DNA of 64,000 nucleotides from Podarcis filfolensis (lineage: Eukaryota): the NCBI GenBank assembly GCA_964270895.1, contig OZ185436.1; one strand, written 5' to 3'. Made by a program: the position numbers and the translations under genes. This document shows positions 7,631 to 20,114 of this stretch, one piece after another (within the stretch, counting starts at the first letter, position 1; each line of letters begins with the position of its first letter). The notes beneath the pieces are model-generated. The model was not told where the DNA came from. It made no database searches and saw only the letters and a program-made list of their open reading frames with translations.

Positions 7631-10600
7631 ACCACCTGTCCTTCTTGAAGACTGGCTCACATTAGAAGGCAAAAGCATCTTGCTCTCTGTAATTCCCAAA
7701 AGGTCCCCGGCTCCTTTTACTTCCCTCTGCTGGCAGATTGTACTGTAGGGCAGGGAGGTAGAGTTTAAAGTAACAACCAAAATGTATTGGTTTTTCAAAC
7801 CAAGCCACCAGAGTTATTTGGGTACCCAAGACTTACAATGAGGTGGGAAGAACTAAGGTAAGAATCAAATCTGCAGAGAGGGGGTGTTGATAAAGGTAAA
7901 CTTTCATTTCAAAGTACAGACTTTTACGTTTTTAAAAAACCAAACCAAATCCTGTCTAGTATTTGTAACAAATTCATAGCTCGAATGTTACAGCAGGCTC
8001 TGTTTTTTGTATGCAAGATACGCTTAATTTGTCGCCAGAATCACGTAATTGTACAGTATAACCAATAGTATTGGGAGGTCTTCTGTCCTATCTTCCTAAA
8101 TTATGGTGAGCAACCTGACTGCCCCCTCCCAGCCTTCCCACATCTGACCCCATGGAATTCTTTCATGTTCCTCATTAATTTAGCATCACACACATCTCAA
8201 AACGGCACCACTACAGGCCAACAACAGTGAAGGGCTCTGGTTTTCAGGGGGTAGACAGGCCCTGACCCAAACAAATTTCCTGGAGTCAGTAAATGCACCA
8301 TGAATAACCCAAAGCATCCTTCATTTTCACTGACTGTCCTTCCTGGAGGGACTCTAGGAAGCTGAATAAGGGATCCAAAGGCAGCCACTGTTAAACCAGT
8401 AAATTTCCACTTCAGCTTTTAGCAACACAGGAAGCTGCCTTGCACCGTCAAAAATTTGGTCCATCTAGTTTGGTCTGGCAGTGGCTCTCCAGGGTTTTAG
8501 TGTGCTGCCAGGCAGCTGTTTATTGTGAGATCGGTGCTGCTCATGTACGCAATCCACATGATGTGATCAGCATCAAAATGTCAGCTCCTATTCCACCCCC
8601 CCAAATTTATTTCGGATTTACCCTTTCTGTATAAAACCCATTTTTTTTAAAAAAAGCTGCTGCCAACAATTTATTAGTGATGTCCAAATATCCAATTTGT
8701 AGTATTAATCCCTTATGTGGAACTGGAAGCATGCTCAGACAGGGGTCTTTCCAGTCCTATCTGGAGATACCAGGGACTGTCTGTGTTGCAGCACCCTCCA
8801 AGCTTTCAGTGCATACGTCCTGCTTTTCAGTTCCATTTACACCACTACCTGAGGGCTGCTTTAATCTTTCCCCTACAAATATGTACAATGATATAAAGAG
8901 TGGAGGATCCACGTGTACCAGTACATGTGATGATCACACAAGTGTTTGTTTTGCCAGGGGTATACATGTGGTTACTAGTGGTAGCACTTTTCCAACAAAT
9001 AACTTGCATTACCTTCCCACATCAGTGTATTACACACATGCCACACTCTTGTAGATAATATGTCATGTGTGAACTGGCACCAAGTGGGTGGAGAGAGAGA
9101 GGAAAAGTCATATATTTAGCATATCTCGACTCTCATTACTGGAAGTGATAACCATTTCAAACAAAGCATGAAAAGGTGCTGTCAGAATTATAATTCACAC
9201 AGTCACTGTGCAAAAAATGTCCACGGGCTAAGCCTAAAGAAACCAACCCAGGAAGTCATCAAATTGTCTTGGTGAGAGAGCTGCCCAGATCTCACATTGT
9301 GTTTATGATGCTTCCAACATTCCTGCTTCTTTGGGAAAGAACATAAGAAGCCCCTCTTAGACCTCTGGCTGTGTACATACAAGCAAGAAGTTCCACAGCT
9401 GGAGGCAGTGCTGCCAAATCCCACTTGTTCTGAAGATCTGTTCCACATTCCACAACAATCAACTCTCTTAAAAACAGATGGGCAACCACATCATCACACA
9501 TACACATTGGTCTTCTCCACCTGCTGTCTATTAAATTACCCTTTAAAAATTATATCAACTATCTTCAACATGTGGATGGACCTGACTGCATTTTATTTTT
9601 TTAAATAGAACAGCTGCAATGCAAAAGCGCAGGTGCTCTTAAGAAGCAACAGAGAGCTGGGCCTGAAACTTCAACACGGGTGCCTACAATAACAACATTT
9701 AGAAAACATATCCCCGACATCTCCCTCCCGAAAGCAAAAACGGGGAGCACCGTTTTACCAGGGCAACTACTGAAAAGTTGGGAGTCTTCCATGATAAACA
9801 GGGGAAGCAGGAGTGCCAACAGCTCCAAAACAAAAAACACCCATATAAGCCTTAAATCTGGCAACTCTACTGTATAGTGTATGCTGTGTATTTTTAGAGG
9901 TTGTGTTTGCTTCTCTCACCTTCTCTGGTAGCTGTTTGTACAACTCGGGTTTGTACAACTTGGGTCCGCAGCTCCTGAAACGCTCTTTCTCATAAGGAGA
10001 ACCAGCAGGCAGCCCAGACTCGGCAAGCAGGCAGAGCAAGGCGGAGAGGGCGGAGCAGTTTCAAAGGGGCACCGGGCAGACAGGAAGCGGCCATGTTTGC
10101 TGTGGGCCAGAAGGGAACTCACTTCCTGCCTCCTACTTGGAGGCTTCTTGGAGAAGGCTGCTTCCTTCCCCGCTGACTCTGCGTGGCTTGGCGAAGTCCC
10201 TTAGTGGAGGGAGCTCCCTTCCTCCCTGGAGGAGCTCGTTGCGCCTCGACAGATGAAGAGTGGTAAGAGAAGAGGGGAAGAAGAAGGGGGCCATTTTGTT
10301 TTCAGTTGGATTTGTGTCGCTTGGCTGTTCCTTTTGAAGTTGCGCATGGGGTGCCTATGAAATTGTGTGCACGGTAGTGGTTGAGGTAAAAGCAGAGCAG
10401 CTCACAGATCATGCTGATGCCTGGCGAACCCTAATACCGGTAGTAGAAAAACTCCCCTGAGTAGAAACAGGGTTAGAAAGTGAGAGGGGTGGGGAGGGAT
10501 TGAATACCACACACACACACACACTGCAGTTTCCTCCCACTCCTGGTCATTTCAAAATGGTGAAGGACTCAGAAGCAGGACCCCCCAAATGGTTGTCACG

Positions 10601-11809
10601 TTGTGATACCAGTCATTCAGCTGCCAGTGGTTTCTATGCAATCCCCAAACGAACAAGGAGTCATTCAAACTTCTTTGAGAATCAGAAGTTTAAGGAGATG
10701 TAGAGATGTAGGCAGCGTAAGAGGGACAGAGAAGCAGCAAACAACAGATTCTGAAAAACGGGGAGCTTCAGGTGAGCGGGGTTTGGTTAAGATGGGCCTG
10801 TTTTCCTTTGGGATCCTTTGCATAGGTGATGTTGCATTCTCAGTTTCTGCATCCCCCTTCCCATTTGTACGGCTGTAGTTTTGTTTACTGTTGTTTTTTA
10901 GATCAGGTTGTATCTGGCCTAGATTAGTTGAGCCATACACATTTATGGAGTATTTGGTATAATCTTTGTACAGATAGAAGGATAGTTGAAACTTCAGGAA
11001 AAGCGGATTCATAGCCCATGATGTTACGATAAAAGGCTATACATGTCATGTGGTTAAGAGATAAAGGAAAAGGTTTCAGCGTATTGCAGGAACTGGTGAC
11101 AGTCAATGAACATCAACTTATTCGGCCATCTCTAATATCTGAGCATCATTTCCTAGTGGATTAGCCATCATGCTTGTTTTTCCTTTTCTCCTAATACGTT
11201 GCTAAAATTCTTCAGACCAAACAGTTGGCTCACATTTATAACTGGGTGTGTGTCTATTTACTTTCTTTTCTGTTTATCAAAACCCTAAACATTTGCATAG
11301 GACATTTCTTGTCTACCTCCACCCCAAGTGGTTATGGCAAAATAGGAGCTGTATTATATACCGAATATAGCCTTAGAGTACCAGTAATGGAACAGTTGGG
11401 TTTCCTCCTTATTTATTTAAGGCATTTATATACACATAAGCATTAGCATTTCTAGGTACGGTTGATGAAAATCAACCAGAATGCTGAATTAACTAACTAA
11501 TACTGCACTGTTTTGGTTTAGTCCCACTGAATGTGGCTCTTGGTTCCATTTTTGTATGTGAACACATGCTGAAGTAAATGGAAGGCTGCATGAGGTGCTT
11601 TGCTTTGTTTCAAGAAAATTATGTGCTGTTCCTAATACAGAGAAAGCTGCATATATAATTTGCATGTGTGCTTTGGAAATTACTCTGTTATTCGGGCTAA
11701 GGAAGTAATTCAGTCAATGTAATCCTGATGACTCAAGCAAGAACACCAGCCTAGCATGGCACCATGGAAACATGAGGCAGCAAAAAAACAGTTGGTGGAT
11801 GGGTTGCAT

Positions 11810-11873
11810 TGCAGGGCTTTGGACCAGATGACCCTTGTGGTCCCTCCCAACTCTACAGTTCTATGATTCTATG
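11810..11873 (+). mobile_element. CR1 LINE 3' end
   Basis: ggaccagatgacccttgtggtccctcccaactctacagttctatgattctatg is a CR1 3' UTR with the (ATTCTATG)n tail. Confidence 0.8.
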
Positions 11874-14204
11874 GGTGGAGGTGGTTTATTTTGTTTTATT
11901 TCTGTTTGGTGTGTGTGTGTGTTTCCAGGATGAAGGCTCAATAAACAGATTTGTTTGCAATGAGAATGGACAACATCAGCTATTTATCGAGCATTCCAAG
12001 CTGTTTGCAGGGATGTTAGATGACATTGCATCAAAACAAGTCTTATCCCACACTTCCCAGTGCATTTTTTCTTGTTACTTTTGAGGAAGCAGATTTGTAG
12101 CGCAGCACCTCCCAATCAGCTATCATTGTGCAACATGAGTTTTCTGTTTGTGACTGAATCCCACCCCAAAATGGTGCCAGACTGAAAGTGTTGTAGTTTT
12201 TGTATGTGGTTTGATGCCCCCTCCCCTTTTTTCCTGACCAGGGGAAAAGACTTATGAGTAGCAGCTATGCAAACATGTTGGAAAATCCACTACACACCTA
12301 ATTTTTAGAAACATTTTCCAGACGATCAGTATTTGGACTGGCTTTTAATAGCTTGAGCTATGCAATTATTGGATAATTCATACAAGTTGTTTAAGCATCT
12401 TAATGGTGTTTATTTGTGTGTTATAGTATGTTGATTGTTTTAGTATTGTTATGCCAAACAGGGAGGCTAAAAATAAAAATCTGTTTTAAAATGAAGAAAT
12501 AGCTCAGCTACTAAGACTAGACTGAGAATATGCAAGAATAATTTGTCAATAAACAATAAAAGAGAATGACTTCATAATCATCTTCAGAATTGGACTTCAC
12601 TCCATGGTTGAAGCTGGAATTAGTTTTGTCCACTAAAAGCGAGAACTGAACAAATTTATAGTTCTATTTCAAATATTAAGTTGCTTGTGAGTCCTATTTT
12701 AGCCTATGGTTTCCCCCTAGGTTTTCTTTAGAGGGAATAGTTCGTCTTAGCTGCCCTGCTGTTTTAGTTCAAGCAGAAACTCCTTAAGCAGCAACATATG
12801 GCTCCACATTAGAGTTGATCAACCTTTAGAGTGCCTAAAGGCTGGGACACTGTTACCTGGTGCGGTCTCTTAAGGTACATTAAATAATTTCACCCTGCCA
12901 CTGACCTGTAGGTAGTGTTAGCAAAATTCAAGCTTGCTGTGGAGGAATAAAAGTGATAGTAGCAGTCTGATCTAGAAACAATTTGACATTATCAGTTAGT
13001 TGCATTTTGATGAGATAAATTCAGCCTAAGTTGACCTACCCACATGATGAAGCAACCTTGTGACTTTTCTGTAAGCCTTAAGGTATCAGCCCCATTCTGT
13101 CTTCATAAAGCAACGACATTGTGATTTGTTCTCTGAACAGAAATAATGAAAACGCTTGCATGACCACTTCCCTTTCCAACAAAATGGTGGACAATGCCAG
13201 CAATTTCCATTTCACAATGATAGCCCTGAGGCTCCACTATTTATCAACATCTACCATTCTGAGTTGGAATAAGTCCATTTTCTGTTTGCTGTGCACTTAA
13301 AACACTACTCTACAGACCTGCCTGTAAGCAGCACTTCCTATACTTAGACAGTACACTGGTAACAGACTATGAACCTGCCTGGCTGTAAATTAGGGACTCC
13401 CAAAGTAAACAAGCAGATAGCTTTGGCTGAAGATACCTCATTCTAGGAGTGAAAAAAAGTCAACAAAACAAAGATAACAACATATAATGTAATATTGATC
13501 AATAAAATATGCTTAGCCAGCCTCCAAGCGGCACTTCCCATCACCAGGCAGCAGTTTGCAGCGAGACTGATAACAGAGCATATGCCTGCCTGTTCACAAA
13601 TTAGGGATTCTCCAGACCTACAGAGGTCTAGGTTGGTGGTAGTACAGTACTCTAAAGGGTCATCCTTCATCCCTTGGGGCTGTGTTGTTCATTCAAATAA
13701 GAGAGATCTGGCCTCCCTTATCAGCCCATCTTCCAGAGACATATGGCCAGTCTCTCCTCGTAGTCCTACTTCCCCATAGTCCTCGTACTCCTACTGTAAC
13801 TGTAGCATTTGTCCTAGAGAGCAAGCGGAGAGGGCAGCAGCTGCAGAAACTTCCCCTCTTCATCCTTGGTTTTCATTGCCTATTAATGCAGCCAAATTGA
13901 GGGCTAATTCTCAAAGTTAAAAGCAACCTTGCCCAGCTGCACCATAACACTAAGCGCCATTGACAGCCCCCTGCCGTAGCTGCCATGTCAGCTTTGTAGG
14001 CTCGGCCACTGGGTGCTGAGCAACTGGAGGGGGCTAGCAGACCTGTCAGGACGCCTCCTTTCTAGGACACAGTAATGCCTTGGTAATCGGCAGCATACTT
14101 CTATCAGCCCACAGGGCTATTGTCATCCTTATGACAGGGCAGCTGTATTAGAATGTAGGCTTCCAGCTCTGTATTTATTGTTTTCTTGCTGACTTTCAGA
14201 GGCA

Positions 14205-14372
14205 ATAATGTTTCTGAATGCCAGTTGCTGGAAACTACAGGGTGGGGAGAGTGCTTTTGTGCTGGGTCCTGCTTGCGAGTTTCTCACAGGCTTCTGGTTG
14301 GCCGCTGTGAGAACAGGATGCTGGACCAGATGTGTCATTGACCCGATCCATCAGGGCTCTACTTATCTTCCA
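14205..14372 (+). mobile_element. Old CR1-related 3'-end repeat
   Basis: ctggttggccgctgtgagaacaggatgctggaccagatg...; a reverse-oriented copy lies at 36946-37100, and weaker copies near 15770-15915 and 26180-26250. Confidence 0.6.
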
Positions 14373-14662
14373 CCCGACTCTTGATTGTCTTGGTTCTTTA
14401 GGTCTCAATCCATAAACCATAAGCCTCCTGTTTACCTCCAGGTTTTTATTCTCAGAGAGTTATGTGGAATGCCATGCTTTGGTGAAGGAGCTGCACCTTG
14501 GTTTGCCATTTGTTCACAACAGCACACCAGCCAATGGAACTGGCTAACCACCCATTTCCTAACAAATAGCACATAATACTGTAATTTATAGCCTCAGTTT
14601 CTCACCTGAGCAACACATGTGTATATCATAGCTACAAACCAACTTTTCTAATGTGTTCTAGT

Positions 14663-14793
14663 TAGTGCTTCCCCCCCCCCTCCGAAAAATAGGTGCCGGT
14701 ACCTGCCATGAGGTTGTTACAGTAAGTACCACACTTTTTAACAAAAAGAGGTGCTGGTACCTGAGTACCCCCTGGAAAAACCAACAACCACTG
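14663..14793. mobile_element. hAT-type MITE with 8-bp TSD
   Basis: Ends tagtgctt.../...caaccactg; internal direct repeat aggtgc(c/t)ggtacctg. Flanks gttctagt (14655-14662) and gttctaat (14794-14801). Confidence 0.65.
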
Positions 14794-17024
14794 GTTCTAA
14801 TGATGGTTTTGCATCACGTATATAAACAAGAGAGAATGTGATGATGTTAAAAGTAGAACGAAGTCCTGGGAGAAGAGGCTACACTAGGCGATTTTCCTAT
14901 TCTATAGCTTGGATTCAAAGGGCTAACGAGGAGCCTGTCCACAGTGTATGGCTAGATCTGAGGTCCCTGTTTTTCTGAGCACAGCCTTCTGTGCTGGGCA
15001 ATTCCAACCCTTTTGGGTGTTTGAGGTGTGCTTTCAGTACAGCAAACCTTAGAATATGTGCAGGCTCACCTGCACACACCTAGGAGGCACTTTGGATCCT
15101 GGCCTGTGGTTCTAGTTTGTAAAGCACCATCAGCAGTGGGTAATCCTTTGAAAAGGGGGATAAAGAACAGCCTTTGTGAAGAGGGTTAAAATTCTCTGGA
15201 AAAGCATCTATATGCCACTGCAAAGCGCCAGACGAAGGGCAATGGCAGTTGCTGTCCGGTTGATTTGGCTATTTCCTTATGAGAGAAGAGAAGAACTGCA
15301 AAGAGCAGCTGTGAGCCTTGTTGTCTGTCACCACTGATTTTGCTTACATGTCTGTATGCATCCTCCTTCAGTTGCAGCCACTGCTGGATGATACGCCTTT
15401 CATTGCCTTACACTTTCCTGAATATCTTCTTGAAACAGACTGGACTTGTCATTTGTAGGATCCTGCACAGGCCACACAACTGTATCTGAGTTAAGAAAGG
15501 CATTGTGAACTAATGATGCTCAGTGCAATATTACAAATGCCTGCTGTCATTTTGAGTGCCTGGTGAGGCAGAATTTGGCCACTGGTAGGTTCTCATCGCA
15601 CAACCCTGGTCCTTGCTCTGAAATTAATTGAGCCTTTTTGAAAACTCTGCCCAGGAATTCTACACAGTAAGCCTTCTCTCTTCCACCCATGGCTGGCGAC
15701 GTTTTTATCCCAACCTTCTGCCAAATTGAAGTCCAGCATATATGGGTATCCCTCTGAATGTCAGGTGCTGGGAGGGGGAGGAATAATAAGAGCTGGGGGC
15801 TGCCACCATTATCTGTGTGTGGTTTTCCCAAAAGCATCTGGCTAGCCACTGTGGGAAATGGACTCACTGTGCTAATGGACTTTAGTCTGATCCAGTTAGG
15901 CAAGCCTTAGATTCTTATGGGACACAGTCCTCCCAGCCAGTGCCAGCCAAATACATTTTGCTGCCTGAGAACAAGGTGGCACCCCTGCCCGTTCCACATA
16001 CAGAAGCTAACTGGAATGGCCCTTGCAACTTGACTTCAACACTGGTTTCACTGCACAGCAGAGTAGCTTAGAGGATGCAGGGTAGATTACATGGCACACA
16101 CAGCTCTGTCCACTCCACACCCTCAGCAACTGCAGCCTGAGTTGCCCCTCTCATTCTGCCTAATGATAGGGCCAGCTCTGCTGCAAGCATTAAGTCTGTT
16201 TGGATATCCACTGGATCACACTGATGCTTTACTAACTAACTAACTGATCCCAATCGACTGAGTGCATTTGCTTCCTGGCAAGTATGCTCAAGACTTGAAC
16301 CTACGAAGGAAAAGTGTCAGAACTGTATGATGCATAAAGCCCACAGTAGCCTTTACACAGTTGACTAATTTTACCCATTTAATTTGTCCTGTGAATTTAC
16401 ATCTCATGCTGCCCTCAAGCACAAGCCCTGTGTTCAGTGGTGGTTCTAATTTCTGACTAAAGAAAGTTACATATTTAGATGCCTGAATTGTAGTAACTCT
16501 TTTCCTTCTTTCATGACTAGAAGCCAGCAAGGGAGACGGGATGCAACCTGAGGCTGTCAAAGAGAAAACACACACTGGCAATGCAAACCTCTAGGCAAGG
16601 TTGGATAACTATTAATATCTTTTAGAACTTCAAAGAAGCACTTTATAAGTCTCTGTAAACTGTGAGGGTAGACAGCATGTTAAAACATGGACCAATTTGT
16701 CCTCAACTTCCCTGGCCTAGAAGCGTGTTAGATAAAACAAGTAAGAGAATGAGTGTCAGGAAAAATTATAATAAAGATGGAGTCCCTCTGCTGGGGATAA
16801 GCAGACTGATTGTGACATGAAGCTGCTTCAAGGGTGTGTTGATGAGAAATATCTTGTGAAACCTGAAGGAAGCTTTGATGTGCTTAAGATTTAGGGTTTA
16901 TTTCCATCCTTTATTGGAGAAAATCAAAGAAGATTAGAGCCATTAAATACTGTGTTGTATCAGATGATTAGCAAGTATAATTTCATGCTCACTGGTTTAT
17001 TGTTTATTTTTATGGTTATTTTTA

Positions 17025-17135
17025 AGGTGTATAGGAAGCTGTCTTACACTGAGTCATTGATCCATCTACAGAGTTTCAGACGGGGAACACTCACAACCCT
17101 ATCTGGAAATGCTGGAGATTGAACCAGGGACATTC
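17025..17135 (-). mobile_element. tRNA-derived SINE fragment (internally deleted)
   Basis: B-box remnant (ggttcaatc on the minus strand) and tail taggaagctgtcttacactgagtc; same family as 26370-26515. Confidence 0.55.
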
Positions 17136-17138
17136 CTG

Positions 17139-17970
17139 GAGTGCCTGGAGGCTGGATGGGGGCTAACAGATTGAATCCTGACAAGACAGAAATACTGTTT
17201 TGGGGGGGCAGGTGGGTGTGGGGGACTCCCTGCTCCTGAATGGGGTAACTGTGCCCCTGAAGGACCAGGTGTGCAGCCTGGGAGTCATTTTGGACTCACA
17301 GCTGTCCATGGAGGCGCATGTCAATTCTGTGTCCAGGGCAGCTGTTTACCAGCTCCATCTGGTACACAAGCTGAGACCCTACCTGCCTTGCCAGAGTGGT
17401 GCATGCTCTAATTATCTCCCGCTTGAACTACTGCAACGTGCTCTACGTAGGGCTACCTTTGAAGGTGACCCAGAAACTACAACTAATCCGGAATTCAGCA
17501 GCTAGACTGGTGACTGGGAGCGGCCGCCAGGACCACATAACAGCGGTCCTGAAAGACCTACATTGGCTCCCAGTATGTTTCCGAGCACAATTCAAAGTGT
17601 TGGTGCTGACCTTTAAACCCCTAAACGTCCTCAGCCCACTATACCATCTCCACCCGCATCGTTCTGCCTGGACACGGAAGTCCAGCTCTGAGGGCCTTCT
17701 GGCAGTTCCCTCACTGTGAGATGTGATGTTACAGGGAACCAGGCAAGAGGGCCTTCTCCGTGGTGGCACCACGCCCTCCCATCAGATGTCAAGGAAATAA
17801 ATAACTATCTGACTTTTAGAAGACATCTGAGGGCAGCCCTGTTTAGGGAAGTTTTTAATGTTTGATGTTTTATTCTGTTTTAAATCTGTTGGGAGCTGCC
17901 CAGAGTGGCTGGGGAAACCCAGACGGATGGGCAGGGTATAAATAATACTATTATTATTTTTATTATTATT
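17139..17970 (+). mobile_element. L2/CR1-clade LINE, 5'-truncated (RT C-terminus plus 3' UTR)
   Basis: ORFs ...LGVILDSQLSMEAHVNSVSR... and VHALIISRLNYCNVLYVGLPLKVTQKLQLIRNSAARLVTG...LHWLPVCFRAQFK, frameshifted; ends in a (TAT)n-like tail. Confidence 0.9.
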
Positions 17971-19569
17971 CCACATGCAACATAGATGCTCTTCCAGTGA
18001 CAATTACTACAGCTAGTCATGACAATTAAGTGCCCCAGAATGCCTTTCCCATCAGCCCCTCTGCTTTGGTAACATACTGCCTGATGTAGAAGGAGTTCTA
18101 GATAACGTGAAAACTTAACATGAACTTTTAAGAATGTTGGTAACATCTTGAGTGCCCTCCTATTATTTGGTTGGCTAAGAAATGTTTGCATTGTTGTCAC
18201 TAAGCCTACTGTGGAGGTATCATGCATGTAGAAGAATACAGTTCAAACACCAGAACTGGCATTCTGCTATATGCCCGGTCAAGTGGATTCCCTAGTAGGC
18301 TTCATTTTTCCTTGGTCTGTATGGATGAAAAATAATTTTGTATTCAGTTTGGCATCCTTGGGAGAAGGGAGGAACCCATGCCAGCTCCTGCCATTCAGCC
18401 GGAAATACATTCAGTTGAAGGTTCTGCAACCTTTGAACCTGGGTTTTGTGCGTGAGGGGGTTGTGCAAGGAGTTGGCTTGAACAGAAGTCGTGAGACAAA
18501 GAGATGACAGATTATTCGTGGACCTGGGGACTTTAAAGGGTTGGTTGTGGTATGGGAAGAACCTTAACAACTATTATCAACCCATTTTGGTTCTACACGC
18601 AAGTTGTGTTCCTGATGTTTCCATGATTCTGACGTCCTGCTGTGTGTGTTTTGTGTCACATCCGCATCCTAACCAGGAGCTCGGTTGCATTACCGGTAGG
18701 CAAAAATTTCCATTATTTCTCCCAACCAGGCAGCCTTCTGTGAAATCTCAGCATGGTTGACCTATCATTTTGCTAGCAACTGTTTTCATTTTTGTTAAGG
18801 AAGTGGCATCATGTCATGCTACGCACACGCTCTCACTCTCTCTCTTTTTGCAGAAACTTGTTCCTGGCTGTATAAGCCAGCCAGCTCCATGAAGCAGAAA
18901 TGACACATTGTGGCAGCTGACATCTCTAAGGAGAATTTAGCATGAAAACACAGCAAGCCTGCAGCTGGCTAGCATGCCACTAACAGGCCGCTCTGCCAAT
19001 CGAAGGCAACCGAGGGATGGCCGGCTGGGGACAGGCGTGCCAAAGAGTTTGCTCTGGATCTGCATGGCAGACAGCAGGGCTTGGGGGCCTCAAATGGCCA
19101 GATGTGCTTCGAATTCTCTGGCCCACTTCTCGTGAGGCAGCTTTGTGACGCAGAAGGAAGTGCTCCTTTCCCCCAGGGGGCTAGGTGCTAGGTGTGCTTC
19201 TGTTCCCAACAGGAGACCAGGGCGGGTGGGTGTTGTTCAGAATCGCCATGAGGCAAATAGTGAATACACTTGAGAGCACCGAGCCTGTAAGCAAATGAGT
19301 CCATTGTAATCAATGGGTGTCAAGCTTCAGAGAAGTGGATTGGCAGGTGTTTGGTACAGCTTCAGCCTGCAGCAAAGAGAATGTGTAATAAATACAGCTG
19401 AAACCCATAAGGCTCTGTCATGTGTTTTCTGCATGGAAAACATAGGTAGTGAATATAATAAACATAGCAAAATCTCTCACATAGAAGTACCACATTTGGA
19501 GACCAGTGTGGCCAGGATTGGCATTTTACCAGCTATATTTGTTCCATAGGCTCTGTTGCTTCTTGCATC

Positions 19570-19870
19570 CATACCTATGTAAGATTGAGTACTGTAATGC
19601 TCTCTGCATGGGGCTGCCCTTGGAAGTGACTCAGAAGCTTCAGGGGATGCAAACTGTCTGCTTGCATCCTAATGATGCTTTTAGGTCCAATTCTAGGCAT
19701 TTTGTGCATACCTTGACATCCTTCATGGCCTTCAGGAGCTGCCTCTCCCTACTTCAGCCCTGTGAATTCTGGAGACCTCTGTGTCTGCACTTCGTGAAGG
19801 TTGGCTGCCAAGGGCAGAGCCTTAGCTGCAGCAGCCCCGAGGTTATAGAACAGCCTGAGGGCTGCCTTGC
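19570..19870 (+). mobile_element. Degenerate L2 fragment
   Basis: Translates as KIEYCNALCMGLPLEVTQKLQ, homologous to 17396-17480, followed by an eroded downstream L2 segment. Confidence 0.6.
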
Positions 19871-20006
19871 CTTCTAGGCAACATCTCCACATGCCAATGG
19901 TGGGTGGTGGCAGAAGCAAAAGTGGGTAGAGCACTTTCACTCACACTGTCCTTCACCCAGACAAGCAGGAACCAGTGTTCAGAGACATGATCTAGCCAGG
20001 CAAAAC

Positions 20007-20114
20007 CCCTGAAGGAGAGGAAAATACAGGGCGTGCCTGGTGAGAGGGTAGCCAGACTCTTACCAAACTGCACCCTCTCACCAGGCACACCCTGCATTTC
20101 CCCCTCCTTCAGGG
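20007..20114. repeat. Inverted repeat: 43-bp arms, 22-nt spacer
   Basis: Arm 20007-20049 versus arm 20072-20114: 39/43 Watson-Crick complementary, four transition mismatches. Confidence 0.9.

Noticed and set aside
8920-9080. C-box-like GTGATGA suggesting a C/D snoRNA
   Set aside because: No suitably placed CTGA D box or terminal stem.
13480-13820. Possible L2 5'/endonuclease remnant on the minus strand
   Set aside because: Similarity too weak to support without an alignment.
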